A DNA stretch of 64,000 nt, taken from positions 480,001 to 544,000 of the forward strand of contig CBDCZH010000015.1 of assembly GCA_965224485.1 (NCBI GenBank). The letters are read 5' to 3'. This stretch comes from Arcobacteraceae bacterium. Its GTDB lineage: Bacteria > Campylobacterota > Campylobacteria > Campylobacterales > Arcobacteraceae. Shown piece by piece: positions 50,798-60,192 of this stretch (position 1 is the first letter of the stretch; every line of letters starts with the position of its first letter). The translations under genes were made by a program, and so were the position numbers. Below the pieces are notes generated by a model. The model saw only the letters and a list, made by a program, of their open reading frames with translations. It did not search any database and was not told the DNA's origin.

Positions 50798-52562
50798 CGA
50801 TTATTATAGACAAGAGTTAAGCTCTCTAAGAGTAGAAGGAGCAGAGTTTTCTAAAAAAAACCCTGGTTTATCTACATTTTTATCAAAAGAAGGACAAGAT
50901 CCTGATGTAGAAAGACTCTTAGAGGGGTTTGCTTTTTTAACTGGAAGACTAAGACAACAAATCGATAAAGAACTTCCAGAAGTAGCACATACTTTAGTAC
51001 AACTTTTATGGCCTAATTACGTAAGACCAGTTCCTTCATATTGTATTGTTCAATATGAATCATTAAAAGATACAACAGAAGAAACTATAGTTTCTAAAAA
51101 TACAAATATTTTAAGTAAAAGTATTGCACAGGGAGTACAGTGTAGATTTTCTACTTCTTATGAGACACAAATTCTTCCTTTAGAAGTAAATAATATAGAA
51201 TATTTTATACATGGTAAAAAAAGTTCTTTAGAACTTAATTTATTAATGACTAGCTCTGGAAGTTTAAATGATATATCTTTTAACAAACTTAGATTTTTTT
51301 TAGGGGGTTCTAAATTTGTTTCAAAAGATTTATATCTATTTTTAACAAAATTTGTTGAATCAATTGAAATTTTAATTTTAGATAAAAATGAAGAAGTTTT
51401 ACAAACTATTAATTTAGATAAATCTTCAATTTCTCCTGTTGGTTTTAAATCAGATGAAAAACTTGCCCCTTATCCTTTAAATGTATTTGAAGGTTATATA
51501 TTATTACAAGAATATTTTTGTTATCCAGATAAGTTCTTATTTTTAGACATCTTTAATCTTAATAGAATTAATAAAATTGAAGAAGATATATTAAAACAAT
51601 CAAGATCTTTTAGTATTAATTTTAATCTTTCTAAAAGACTTGAACATAGTGAAACTCCAAGTAAAGATAATTTTTCATTATATTGTACACCTGCTATTAA
51701 TATTTTTAAAAGTGAAGCAGTTCCTATTAGAAAAGATGAAACATTAAATGAGTACTTAGTCGTACCTTCTGATATATCAAAAGAGCATAGTGAAGTTTTT
51801 TCAATACAAGGGGTTAGAGGTTGGGTTAAGAGTAAAAACTCTTATGATGATTATGAACTTTTTGAATCTTTTGAACACAATGATGAAACACAATATTATT
51901 CAACTAGAGTTAAACTTGCAAGTGATGGAAGAAGAACTCATACTTATTTAAATTTTGCCTCAAATGATGGAATGGCTGAAGATGTGGAAATTTCAAATGC
52001 AAGTGTATCTGTTGATATTACATGCACAAATAAAGATACTCCAAATGAGTACCTTCTTATTGGTGACCTTTGTGTAGCTGATCCTTTATCCTCAACATCA
52101 AACTTAAAGTTTAAAAACATAACAATTCCTACTTTATCTTATCCACCTCCAATTGATGGAGATTTTTTATGGAAGATTATTTCAAATATGTCTTTAAATT
52201 ATCTTTCACTTGATAATATCTCAGCTCTTAGAACTATCATAGAATCTTATGATTTTGTTGGAGCTAATGATATTAAACAAAAAGAGAAAACATCAATGAT
52301 GTTACAAGGTATGAAATCTGTATCTCATAATACTACAGAAATGATGGAACAAGGTCTTCCCATTCGTGGAATAGAAACACACTTAGTTCTTGAACCTGAA
52401 AATTTTTCTTGCATAGGTGATGCTTATATTTTTTGTTCAATTTTAAATGAATTTTTATCTTTATATGGAAATATAAACTCTTTTCACAAACTAATAGTTG
52501 ATATGCAAAATGAAGATACTTATACTTGGAATCCAAAAATGGGAACACGGTCTTTAGTATAA
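50787..52562 (+). CDS. tssF: T6SS baseplate TssF
   Basis: 'DPDVERLLEGFAFLTGRL', 'LLQEYFCYPDKFLF', 'CTPAINIF'. Confidence 0.96.
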   Translation: MEFNDYYRQELSSLRVEGAEFSKKNPGLSTFLSKEGQDPDVERLLEGFAFLTGRLRQQIDKELPEVAHTLVQLLWPNYVRPVPSYCIVQYESLKDTTEETIVSKNTNILSKSIAQGVQCRFSTSYETQILPLEVNNIEYFIHGKKSSLELNLLMTSSGSLNDISFNKLRFFLGGSKFVSKDLYLFLTKFVESIEILILDKNEEVLQTINLDKSSISPVGFKSDEKLAPYPLNVFEGYILLQEYFCYPDKFLFLDIFNLNRINKIEEDILKQSRSFSINFNLSKRLEHSETPSKDNFSLYCTPAINIFKSEAVPIRKDETLNEYLVVPSDISKEHSEVFSIQGVRGWVKSKNSYDDYELFESFEHNDETQYYSTRVKLASDGRRTHTYLNFASNDGMAEDVEISNASVSVDITCTNKDTPNEYLLIGDLCVADPLSSTSNLKFKNITIPTLSYPPPIDGDFLWKIISNMSLNYLSLDNISALRTIIESYDFVGANDIKQKEKTSMMLQGMKSVSHNTTEMMEQGLPIRGIETHLVLEPENFSCIGDAYIFCSILNEFLSLYGNINSFHKLIVDMQNEDTYTWNPKMGTRSLV

Positions 52563-52563
52563 A

Positions 52564-53556
52564 ATGAATATAAAAAGCATAAATCTTAAACTTAGCAAAA
52601 ATATTAAAAAATATAATTTACCACAAGCTATTCGTGTGGTTTCTTATTATTTAAAACAATTTTATGAAAATGAGACTTATGAAAATTTATATAAAAGAGT
52701 TAATTTTAAATCTAATGCAAGTTTATCTTTTCAAAAAAGCGAAATCTCAAATATTGAATTTTATGAAGATGAGATAAAAGGTAAAAAAGTTGAAATAACA
52801 CTTAACTTTTTAGGTCTTTTTGGAAGTTCTTCACCGTTACCTTCTCACTATAACGAGATGGTTTTAGAAAGTTTTGATACAGATAAAGTTTTATATGATT
52901 TTTTAAATCTTTTTAATAATAATTTACAAAAATTCATATATCCAATCTGGCAAAAACAGAGATATCACATTGAGTATAAAAAAGATTTAAAAGATAAATT
53001 TTCTAAATATATGCTTTCACTATTAGGTCTTTATTCAAATATAAACCTTGATGATAATAAATTAGATTTTCATAAATTGATGCCTTACATAGGTATTTTA
53101 AGTATGAGACAAAAATCAGCTGGAACTTTAGTTTCTATTTTACGACATTATTTAGATTTTGATGAAATTGAAATTTTACAATGTATGAAAATGCAATCTA
53201 TTATTCCTTCTTGGCAATATGGAAAATTAGGAGAAGAAAATAGCTCTTTGGGTCAAAATATGATGATTGGAGAGTTTGTTACAAATAGAACTTCTAAGTT
53301 TAGGATTTTACTTAAAAATGTAGAAGCTAGTGATATGTATAAATACAGTATTCATGGAAATAAAAGAGATGAGTTAAAAGATTTAATCTCTTTTGCTTTT
53401 AACGAACCTCTGGAATATGATGTTTGTTTAGAGATAAAAAAAGAAAAGAAAATACCCTTAGAATTACATGAAGAAACTAAAAGATATTTAGGAATTAATT
53501 GTTGGATTGGTAATGCAAGCAGTGATGAACAAATAATAATTGCACAAAAAGGATAA
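52564..53556 (+). CDS. tssG: T6SS baseplate TssG
   Basis: 'FLGLFGSSSPLPSHY', 'DFLNLFN'. Confidence 0.94.
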   Translation: MNIKSINLKLSKNIKKYNLPQAIRVVSYYLKQFYENETYENLYKRVNFKSNASLSFQKSEISNIEFYEDEIKGKKVEITLNFLGLFGSSSPLPSHYNEMVLESFDTDKVLYDFLNLFNNNLQKFIYPIWQKQRYHIEYKKDLKDKFSKYMLSLLGLYSNINLDDNKLDFHKLMPYIGILSMRQKSAGTLVSILRHYLDFDEIEILQCMKMQSIIPSWQYGKLGEENSSLGQNMMIGEFVTNRTSKFRILLKNVEASDMYKYSIHGNKRDELKDLISFAFNEPLEYDVCLEIKKEKKIPLELHEETKRYLGINCWIGNASSDEQIIIAQKG

Positions 53557-53558
53557 AA

Positions 53559-56120
53559 ATGAAAATAGAGTTAAGTGAATTAATAAAAGCATTAGATAGT
53601 AATACTAAAAAACAAGTAGAAAATGCCGCTCAAAGATGTATAAGTAGAGGTGGAAATGAGATTCTAATTGAAGATATATTATTTGTAATGTGTGAAAATG
53701 AAAATAGTTTATTAAATGCTGTTCTAAGTCATTATAAGATTGATGTGCAAGAGATGCTAAGTGCTTTATTACATGGTGTGAAAATGAGTGCAACTGAGAG
53801 TTCAAGTCCAGTATTTTCAACACATTTAATAAAGTGGATTGAAGATGCTTTTTTAATTACTAAAATGAAATTAGATTTAATAGAAATATCAGATGCCTCT
53901 TTAATTTTATCTTTATTTGATAATTCAAATAAGTATATCAATACAAAATATTTTAAACTTTTATTAGATATACCTTTTGATGAAGTAAAAGCTTTAATTT
54001 CTGGACTTAACGAAGAAGCCGTACTAGAAGGTACAAGTAGAAGAAATATAAAAAGTAAGATTAACACATCAGCCGAATTAGATAGATATACAACAAATCT
54101 AACCAAGCAAGCAAAAGATGGAGAAATTGACCCTGTTTTATGTAGAGACGATGAGATAAAACAAGCTATTGATATTTTACTAAGACGAAGAAAAAACAAT
54201 CCAATAATGGTAGGAGAAGCTGGTGTTGGTAAAACTGCTATTATTGAAGGTCTTGCTTTAAAAATCTTAAACAAAGAAGTTCCAAAGCAGTTATATAAAG
54301 CACAAATATTATCACTTGATCTAGGAGCATTACAAGCAGGTGCTTCTGTTAAAGGTGAGTTTGAGAGAAGATTACAAGCTGTTATTAATGAAATCCAAAA
54401 TTCAAGTGATTTTATAATTTTATTTATAGATGAAGCACATACTTTAATAGGAGCTGGAGCAGATAAAGGTGGTGGAGATGCTGCAAATTTATTAAAACCA
54501 GCTCTTGCGCGTGGAAAACTTAGAACAATTGCAGCAACTACATGGTTAGAATATAGAAAATACTTTGAGAAAGATGCAGCATTATCAAGAAGATTTCAAA
54601 AAATAGATATTTTAGAGCCTAAAGTAGAAGATGCTATTACTATTTTAAGAGGTCTTGCATCTAAATATGAAGAAGCACATGAGGTATACATAGAAGATGA
54701 AGCATTAAATGCAGCAGTAGTTTTATCGTCTAGATATATCACAGGACGACAACTTCCAGATAAAGCTATTGATGTATTAGATACAGCTTGTGCAAATGTA
54801 AAAATAAGTAAAACAAATACTCCTTTTATTTTACAAAAAACAAATACAAGAATAGAAGAGCTTAAAAGAGAAAAGGAGTTCTTTTCAAGAGATGAAAAAA
54901 GAGGAATTAAAGATTATTCTTCAAAAATCAAAATTTTAGATGAAAAAATTCAAGAACTAGAAGAAAAAGCTATAAAAATAGAAGAGTCTTGGGCTGCACA
55001 AAAAGAAGCTATGGATAAACTAACACTTATTTTAGAAAGTGGAAGTAAAGAAGAAATCATTACACAAAATGAGAAAATAAAACTCTTACAAGAAAAAAAC
55101 ACTTATATCCACAAGAATATCACAAAAGAACAAATAGCAGAAGTAATCTCATCTTGGACTGGAATTCCTTTAGGAAATATGATTAATGAACAAATAAAAG
55201 ATGTTCTATCTTTGGAAAAAAAGATGAAAAGTAGAATCATTGGACAAGATGGTGCTATTTCATATATAAATCAGTTCTTGCAAATCTCAACAGCTGGTTT
55301 AAAAAAAGAAAATGCACCTGCTGGAGTATTTTTATTAGTTGGTCCTAGTGGAGTTGGTAAAACAGAAACAGCTTTAAGTATTGCGGACTTGCTGTTTGGT
55401 GGACAGAGGTTTATTACAACAATTAATATGACAGAGTTTCAAGAAAAACATACTGTTTCACGATTACTTGGTTCACCTCCTGGTTATGTTGGATATGGAG
55501 ATGGAGGGCAATTAACTGATCCTGTTCGTGTTAAGCCCTATTCTGTTGTACTTTTAGATGAGATAGAAAAAGCTCATCCAGATATTTTAAATATTTTTTA
55601 TCAGTTATTTGATAAAGGTGTATTGAATGATGGGGAAGGAAGAGAAATTGACTTTAAAAATACAATTATTTTAATGACTTCAAATTTAGCAACAAATGAA
55701 ATAACACAATTATGCGAAGAAAATGAAAGTATTACTATTGATGAAATAAGAGAGCAAATAACACCAATCTTAAGTGATTATTTAAAACCTGCACTTTTAG
55801 GAAGAATGAGTGTTGTTCCCTACTTTAATTTAAAAGATGAAGCATTAAGAGAAATCACACAATTAAAACTAAAATTCATTGAGAAACAACTTCTTAAAAA
55901 AGAGATTGCATTTTCTTATGATAATAGTTTATTAGACTATATAACTTCATTATCAAATGCAAAAGATACAGGAGCACGTAATATTGAGCTGATTATTAAT
56001 ACAAAAATTATGCCAAAACTTTCAAGAGTTATTTTAGATGCTGCTGTAAAAAATGAATCAATTAAAAGTTTAGAAATAAGTGTAGATGATGAAAATAAAA
56101 TTTTAATAAGGAGTTTATAA
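53559..56120 (+). CDS. tssH: T6SS AAA+ ATPase ClpV/TssH
   Basis: 'ILLRRRKNNPIMVGEAGVGKTA', 'LQAGASVKGEFERRL', 'GPSGVGKTETA', 'GSPPGYVGYG'. Confidence 0.96.
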   Translation: MKIELSELIKALDSNTKKQVENAAQRCISRGGNEILIEDILFVMCENENSLLNAVLSHYKIDVQEMLSALLHGVKMSATESSSPVFSTHLIKWIEDAFLITKMKLDLIEISDASLILSLFDNSNKYINTKYFKLLLDIPFDEVKALISGLNEEAVLEGTSRRNIKSKINTSAELDRYTTNLTKQAKDGEIDPVLCRDDEIKQAIDILLRRRKNNPIMVGEAGVGKTAIIEGLALKILNKEVPKQLYKAQILSLDLGALQAGASVKGEFERRLQAVINEIQNSSDFIILFIDEAHTLIGAGADKGGGDAANLLKPALARGKLRTIAATTWLEYRKYFEKDAALSRRFQKIDILEPKVEDAITILRGLASKYEEAHEVYIEDEALNAAVVLSSRYITGRQLPDKAIDVLDTACANVKISKTNTPFILQKTNTRIEELKREKEFFSRDEKRGIKDYSSKIKILDEKIQELEEKAIKIEESWAAQKEAMDKLTLILESGSKEEIITQNEKIKLLQEKNTYIHKNITKEQIAEVISSWTGIPLGNMINEQIKDVLSLEKKMKSRIIGQDGAISYINQFLQISTAGLKKENAPAGVFLLVGPSGVGKTETALSIADLLFGGQRFITTINMTEFQEKHTVSRLLGSPPGYVGYGDGGQLTDPVRVKPYSVVLLDEIEKAHPDILNIFYQLFDKGVLNDGEGREIDFKNTIILMTSNLATNEITQLCEENESITIDEIREQITPILSDYLKPALLGRMSVVPYFNLKDEALREITQLKLKFIEKQLLKKEIAFSYDNSLLDYITSLSNAKDTGARNIELIINTKIMPKLSRVILDAAVKNESIKSLEISVDDENKILIRSL

Positions 56121-56254
56121 TGAAAAAAACTATTTTAAAACTATCTTTAGCTGGTGCAATATTTGCAATACTTCTTTCAGGGTGTGCTTCATTTCAAGAG
56201 ACATATAAACCTTTATACCAAGTAAAACCATTAATTGAAGAAGTGAAGGAATAA
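56120..56254 (+). CDS. 44-aa lipoprotein between clpV and fha
   Basis: Not in ORF track. AAGGAG RBS; MKKTILKLSLAGAIFAILLSG-CASFQETYKPLYQVKPLIEEVKE; TAATG coupling to clpV. Confidence 0.8.
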   Translation: MKKTILKLSLAGAIFAILLSGCASFQETYKPLYQVKPLIEEVKE

Positions 56255-56255
56255 A

Positions 56256-57500
56256 ATGAAATTAGTATTTGATATTATAAAAAGTGGAGAGAATCTTCCA
56301 CTTAAAAGAAATTATCACTTTAATAAAGAAGATGGAACTATTGGGCGTTCAAACGAAGCATCTTGGCAATTAGCAGATAAACATAACTATATCTCTAATG
56401 CACATGTTCATATTGAATATAAAGATGAAGTTTATTTTATAAGAGATGAAAGTACAAATGGTACTTTTTTAAAATTCCCTTATAAAAGACTTCCTAAAGG
56501 TAATCGAATCAAAGTTAACTCAACAGATATTTATATCTTAGGAGATCATGAGATTCAAGCAAGATTTGTAGAAGATGATTTCTCAGAAGATATTTTAGAT
56601 CAATTTTCTACAAATGAAGAGAAAAGTTCTGCTTCAAGTTCTGCAAGTACTGAAAATGAAAATCTAATTCCTGACGATGACTTTTTATCAAATGAACCTT
56701 TTGATAACTTAGAGAAAGAAGAACTTAATGTTATGAAAATTGTAAGTAATAAGAGCACAGCAACTTATGATAATACAGTTTCATCTATTGAAATTCAAAG
56801 CGATGATGAACAAAGTGATTTAGATGAGCAACATATAAGTATTCCTAAATTCTCTAAAAAAGATTTTGATTTAGACTCAAATATAAAAGATACTTCACTA
56901 CAAAGAAGTATTTTAATTTTAGAAAAGAAATTAGGTATAGAAATCTGTTCACTTGAGAAAGACGATAGAGACCTTATAATGGAAGAATTAGGTGATATTA
57001 TTTTAAATACTTTAAGCTCATTAAAACACTCATTGCATTTAAAAGAAAAAGTAAAAGAAGATTTAAGAGTTTTAAAAGCAAATGAAAAAACAAGTGATGT
57101 TAATCCAATTTTATTTGGACAATCAGCATCTTCATTACTAAAAAATCAAGAAACAGGCGGACTTTTAGGAATGAGTAAGATTTCAGAAGCTATTACTCAA
57201 TCTTTTGAAGAATTAGATAATCACAATATTGCCCTACATGCAAGTAGTAAAAATATCATACAAATTGCAAGTGCAAAATTTTCTCCTAAAAACTTAGAGT
57301 ACCACTTTGAGAGTTCAGGAGCACTGAGATCTTTTTTTATTCCTAAAAAAGTAATGATTTGGAGAGCATATAAAAATATGTTTAATAATCTTGATGAAAA
57401 CCCACAGTTAAGTGTTGATTTGATTAATGATGATTTTTCAAAAGAGTATAACAATATAGCTTATAGTATCTCTTTAGCAACACAAAAATTAGTAAGATAG
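56256..57500 (+). CDS. tagH: T6SS FHA-domain protein
   Basis: 'GTIGRS...ISNAH...DESTNGTF' FHA; TagH-like C-terminus. Confidence 0.9.
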   Translation: MKLVFDIIKSGENLPLKRNYHFNKEDGTIGRSNEASWQLADKHNYISNAHVHIEYKDEVYFIRDESTNGTFLKFPYKRLPKGNRIKVNSTDIYILGDHEIQARFVEDDFSEDILDQFSTNEEKSSASSSASTENENLIPDDDFLSNEPFDNLEKEELNVMKIVSNKSTATYDNTVSSIEIQSDDEQSDLDEQHISIPKFSKKDFDLDSNIKDTSLQRSILILEKKLGIEICSLEKDDRDLIMEELGDIILNTLSSLKHSLHLKEKVKEDLRVLKANEKTSDVNPILFGQSASSLLKNQETGGLLGMSKISEAITQSFEELDNHNIALHASSKNIIQIASAKFSPKNLEYHFESSGALRSFFIPKKVMIWRAYKNMFNNLDENPQLSVDLINDDFSKEYNNIAYSISLATQKLVR

Positions 57501-57508
57501 GAGAGAAA

Positions 57509-57961
57509 ATGAAAACAATTATACAAGTTATTACACTTACAATCTTGGCATTTTTTATAAGTGCTTGTGCAAGTAAGAAACCAACACATATAGAATTAGT
57601 TATAAACTCACAAAAAGAGTTAAATCATGATGTTAAAAATATTTCATCACCTTTAATGTTAGTTTTTTATGAACTAGAATCAGCAGAAAAATTTTCAAAA
57701 TTTGATTATTGGGATTTATTAGATAAATCAGGAGAAAAACTGAGTTCAGATTTAGTATCTCAAACAAAACAAATAATTTTACCAAATCAAGAACAAACAT
57801 ATAAAATTGTTTTTGATAATAGAACAAAATTTTTAGGTGTTATTGGAAAATTTAGAAATGTAAAAAATTCAAACTGGAAATATGTTATTAACTTAGATAA
57901 AAATACATATAACTATAAAGAATTAGTAGTACAAGACTATACAATTTTGGATAAAAAATAA
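57509..57961 (+). CDS. tssJ: T6SS lipoprotein TssJ
   Basis: Lipobox 'FISAC', 'SPLMLVFYEL', 'FLGVIGKFR'. Confidence 0.92.
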   Translation: MKTIIQVITLTILAFFISACASKKPTHIELVINSQKELNHDVKNISSPLMLVFYELESAEKFSKFDYWDLLDKSGEKLSSDLVSQTKQIILPNQEQTYKIVFDNRTKFLGVIGKFRNVKNSNWKYVINLDKNTYNYKELVVQDYTILDKK

Positions 57962-59286
57962 TGGAAAATAGAATTGTATGGAAAGAGGGATTATTTATAA
58001 GACCTCAGCATTTCCAGCAAAATGATAGATATTATGCTTATGAACTAATGACAAGAACAAGTGAACTTGGTAGCAATAAATGGGGTTTTATCAACTTAGA
58101 TATAGATAAACACCTTTTAGGAATAGGTAAAATTGTAATTAAAAATGCTAAAGGTATTCTTCCAGATGGAACATTATTTGATATTCAAGCTAAAGATAAT
58201 ACTTTAGCATTAGATATTAAAAGTGATGATTTTGGGAAAAATGTATATCTTGCACTTCCAGTTTTAATACATAATAGTGATGATGTACACTTTGAAGATC
58301 AAGAAAATATATTAACAAGATTTTCATCTTCTAGCGTTTTAGATGTACCAAATACTAATGCAGGGGAAAATTCTGTTGCTGATCTTTTATGTGCACAACA
58401 TAATTTTAAACTTTTACTAGAAGATGAAGTTAATGATGGTTATATCAAAATAAAAATAGCAAATATAGTGTCTTTAAGTGCTAGTGGTATTGTATCTTTA
58501 GATGAGACATACATTCCTACATACATTCATTTAAATAAATCAGATGATTTAGTATCTAAATTAAATGAATTAATGAGTATGTTAACTTATAGAGCAGAAA
58601 AATTAGCACAAAAGATAAGTCACTCAGTTTTGCAAACTTCTGAATTAGGTAACTACTTAATGTTGCAACTATTAAACAAAACACAAAGTAGATTTCACTT
58701 CTTTTTAACTCAAGATAGAATTCATCCTCAAGATGTATTTTTAGAACTTACAACCTTAGCTGGTGAATTAGCAGTTTTTATGAAAAAAGAAAAAAAAATT
58801 ACAGAACAATTTATTTATGCACATGAAAATATTGGCTTAAGTTTTAAAACAATTATTGATGAATTAAAAGATATGTTAAGTATGGTTTTAGAACAAAACT
58901 CAATTTCTTTACCAATTGATCAAAGAAAATATGGAATTAATGTAGCTCAGATTAAAGATAAAAAACTTATTCAAAACTCTAACTTTATTTTCACTGTTAC
59001 AGCTGATGCTTCAAGTGAAAAAATTAAAGAAGTACTTATGTCAAATCTTAAAATGGGAAGTATAGAAACTATTAGAAATCTAGTTAATTATCATTTAATT
59101 GGTTTTAAAATAAAACCTTTATCTTCTCCTCCAAGAGAGATTCCATATAGAGTAAATCATTTATATTTTAAAGTTGAACTTAGTTCTATTGATAAAGATG
59201 AATTAGAGCGTTCTGGTGGTTTTGCTTTCCACTTATCTGCTGAATTACCCAATTTAGCTTATGCACTATGGGCAATTAGAAATTAA
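57961..59286 (+). CDS. tssK: T6SS baseplate TssK
   Basis: 'VWKEGLFIRPQHFQQ', 'GILPDGT', 'LWAIR'. Confidence 0.96.
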   Translation: MENRIVWKEGLFIRPQHFQQNDRYYAYELMTRTSELGSNKWGFINLDIDKHLLGIGKIVIKNAKGILPDGTLFDIQAKDNTLALDIKSDDFGKNVYLALPVLIHNSDDVHFEDQENILTRFSSSSVLDVPNTNAGENSVADLLCAQHNFKLLLEDEVNDGYIKIKIANIVSLSASGIVSLDETYIPTYIHLNKSDDLVSKLNELMSMLTYRAEKLAQKISHSVLQTSELGNYLMLQLLNKTQSRFHFFLTQDRIHPQDVFLELTTLAGELAVFMKKEKKITEQFIYAHENIGLSFKTIIDELKDMLSMVLEQNSISLPIDQRKYGINVAQIKDKKLIQNSNFIFTVTADASSEKIKEVLMSNLKMGSIETIRNLVNYHLIGFKIKPLSSPPREIPYRVNHLYFKVELSSIDKDELERSGGFAFHLSAELPNLAYALWAIRN

Positions 59287-59298
59287 GAAAGGAAAAAA

Positions 59299-60192
59299 AT
59301 GCAAAATCAAACAATATTAATTCCATCAAGCAAAAATGATAATAATTCATTGACAAACTTTTCACAGCAAGAGAGTACTTACGATAACTTTAGAAATAAA
59401 AGCATGAACTTTGTAAGAAATAGAGTGAAGAAAACACATATACCTTATTATGATGAAGATATTAATCACTTCTTAATAGCATCATCACCTTTATTTAAAC
59501 AACTTACTTTAGTACAAGGTAATTATGATGTAGGTTCTATTAATGATGTAAGACAAGCTTTTATAGATAATATAAATAACTATTCACAAACAATAGCTCA
59601 ATATGATATAGAAGAGTCTCAAGTTTTAGTATCTAGATACATTTTATGTACGTTTATAGATGAACTTATAAATACAACATTTTTTGGAAGAGAAAATGAT
59701 TGGTCTTCTAATAGTTTATTAAGCATCTTTCATAATGAAAGTTATGGAGGAGAGAACTTTTTTAGACTTTTAGATAAATTTTTAAAAGCTCCTGCTAAAT
59801 ATATTTATATCTTAGAACTTATGTATGTATGTATATCATTAGGTTTTGAAGGAAGATACAGAGTTAATACTTCTAATAAACATGAATTAACAATAATTAA
59901 AGATAGTTTATATAAACAAATTAAGATAATTCAAGGACGTGAGCCATTAAAGTTTTATACAAAACATAACGCCTCAACAATGAAACATAGACTTTTTTAT
60001 ATGGTGTCGTACCCAAGTATTATTTTAAGTACTTGTTTACTCTTATGTATTATTTACATAGGTCTAACATATAGTTTAAGTAAAGAAAGTACAAAGTTTG
60101 AAAATATGATTAATGCAAAACACGGAAAACTATCCTACTTAAATAAGAATAATTTCAATTTAGAAGATTATCAAAAGGATTCAAATGAGTAA
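59299..60192 (+). CDS. tssL: T6SS TssL/DotU
   Basis: 'RYILCTFIDE', 'FHNESYGGENFF', 'LGFEGRY', one TM, no OmpA domain. Confidence 0.95.
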   Translation: MQNQTILIPSSKNDNNSLTNFSQQESTYDNFRNKSMNFVRNRVKKTHIPYYDEDINHFLIASSPLFKQLTLVQGNYDVGSINDVRQAFIDNINNYSQTIAQYDIEESQVLVSRYILCTFIDELINTTFFGRENDWSSNSLLSIFHNESYGGENFFRLLDKFLKAPAKYIYILELMYVCISLGFEGRYRVNTSNKHELTIIKDSLYKQIKIIQGREPLKFYTKHNASTMKHRLFYMVSYPSIILSTCLLLCIIYIGLTYSLSKESTKFENMINAKHGKLSYLNKNNFNLEDYQKDSNE

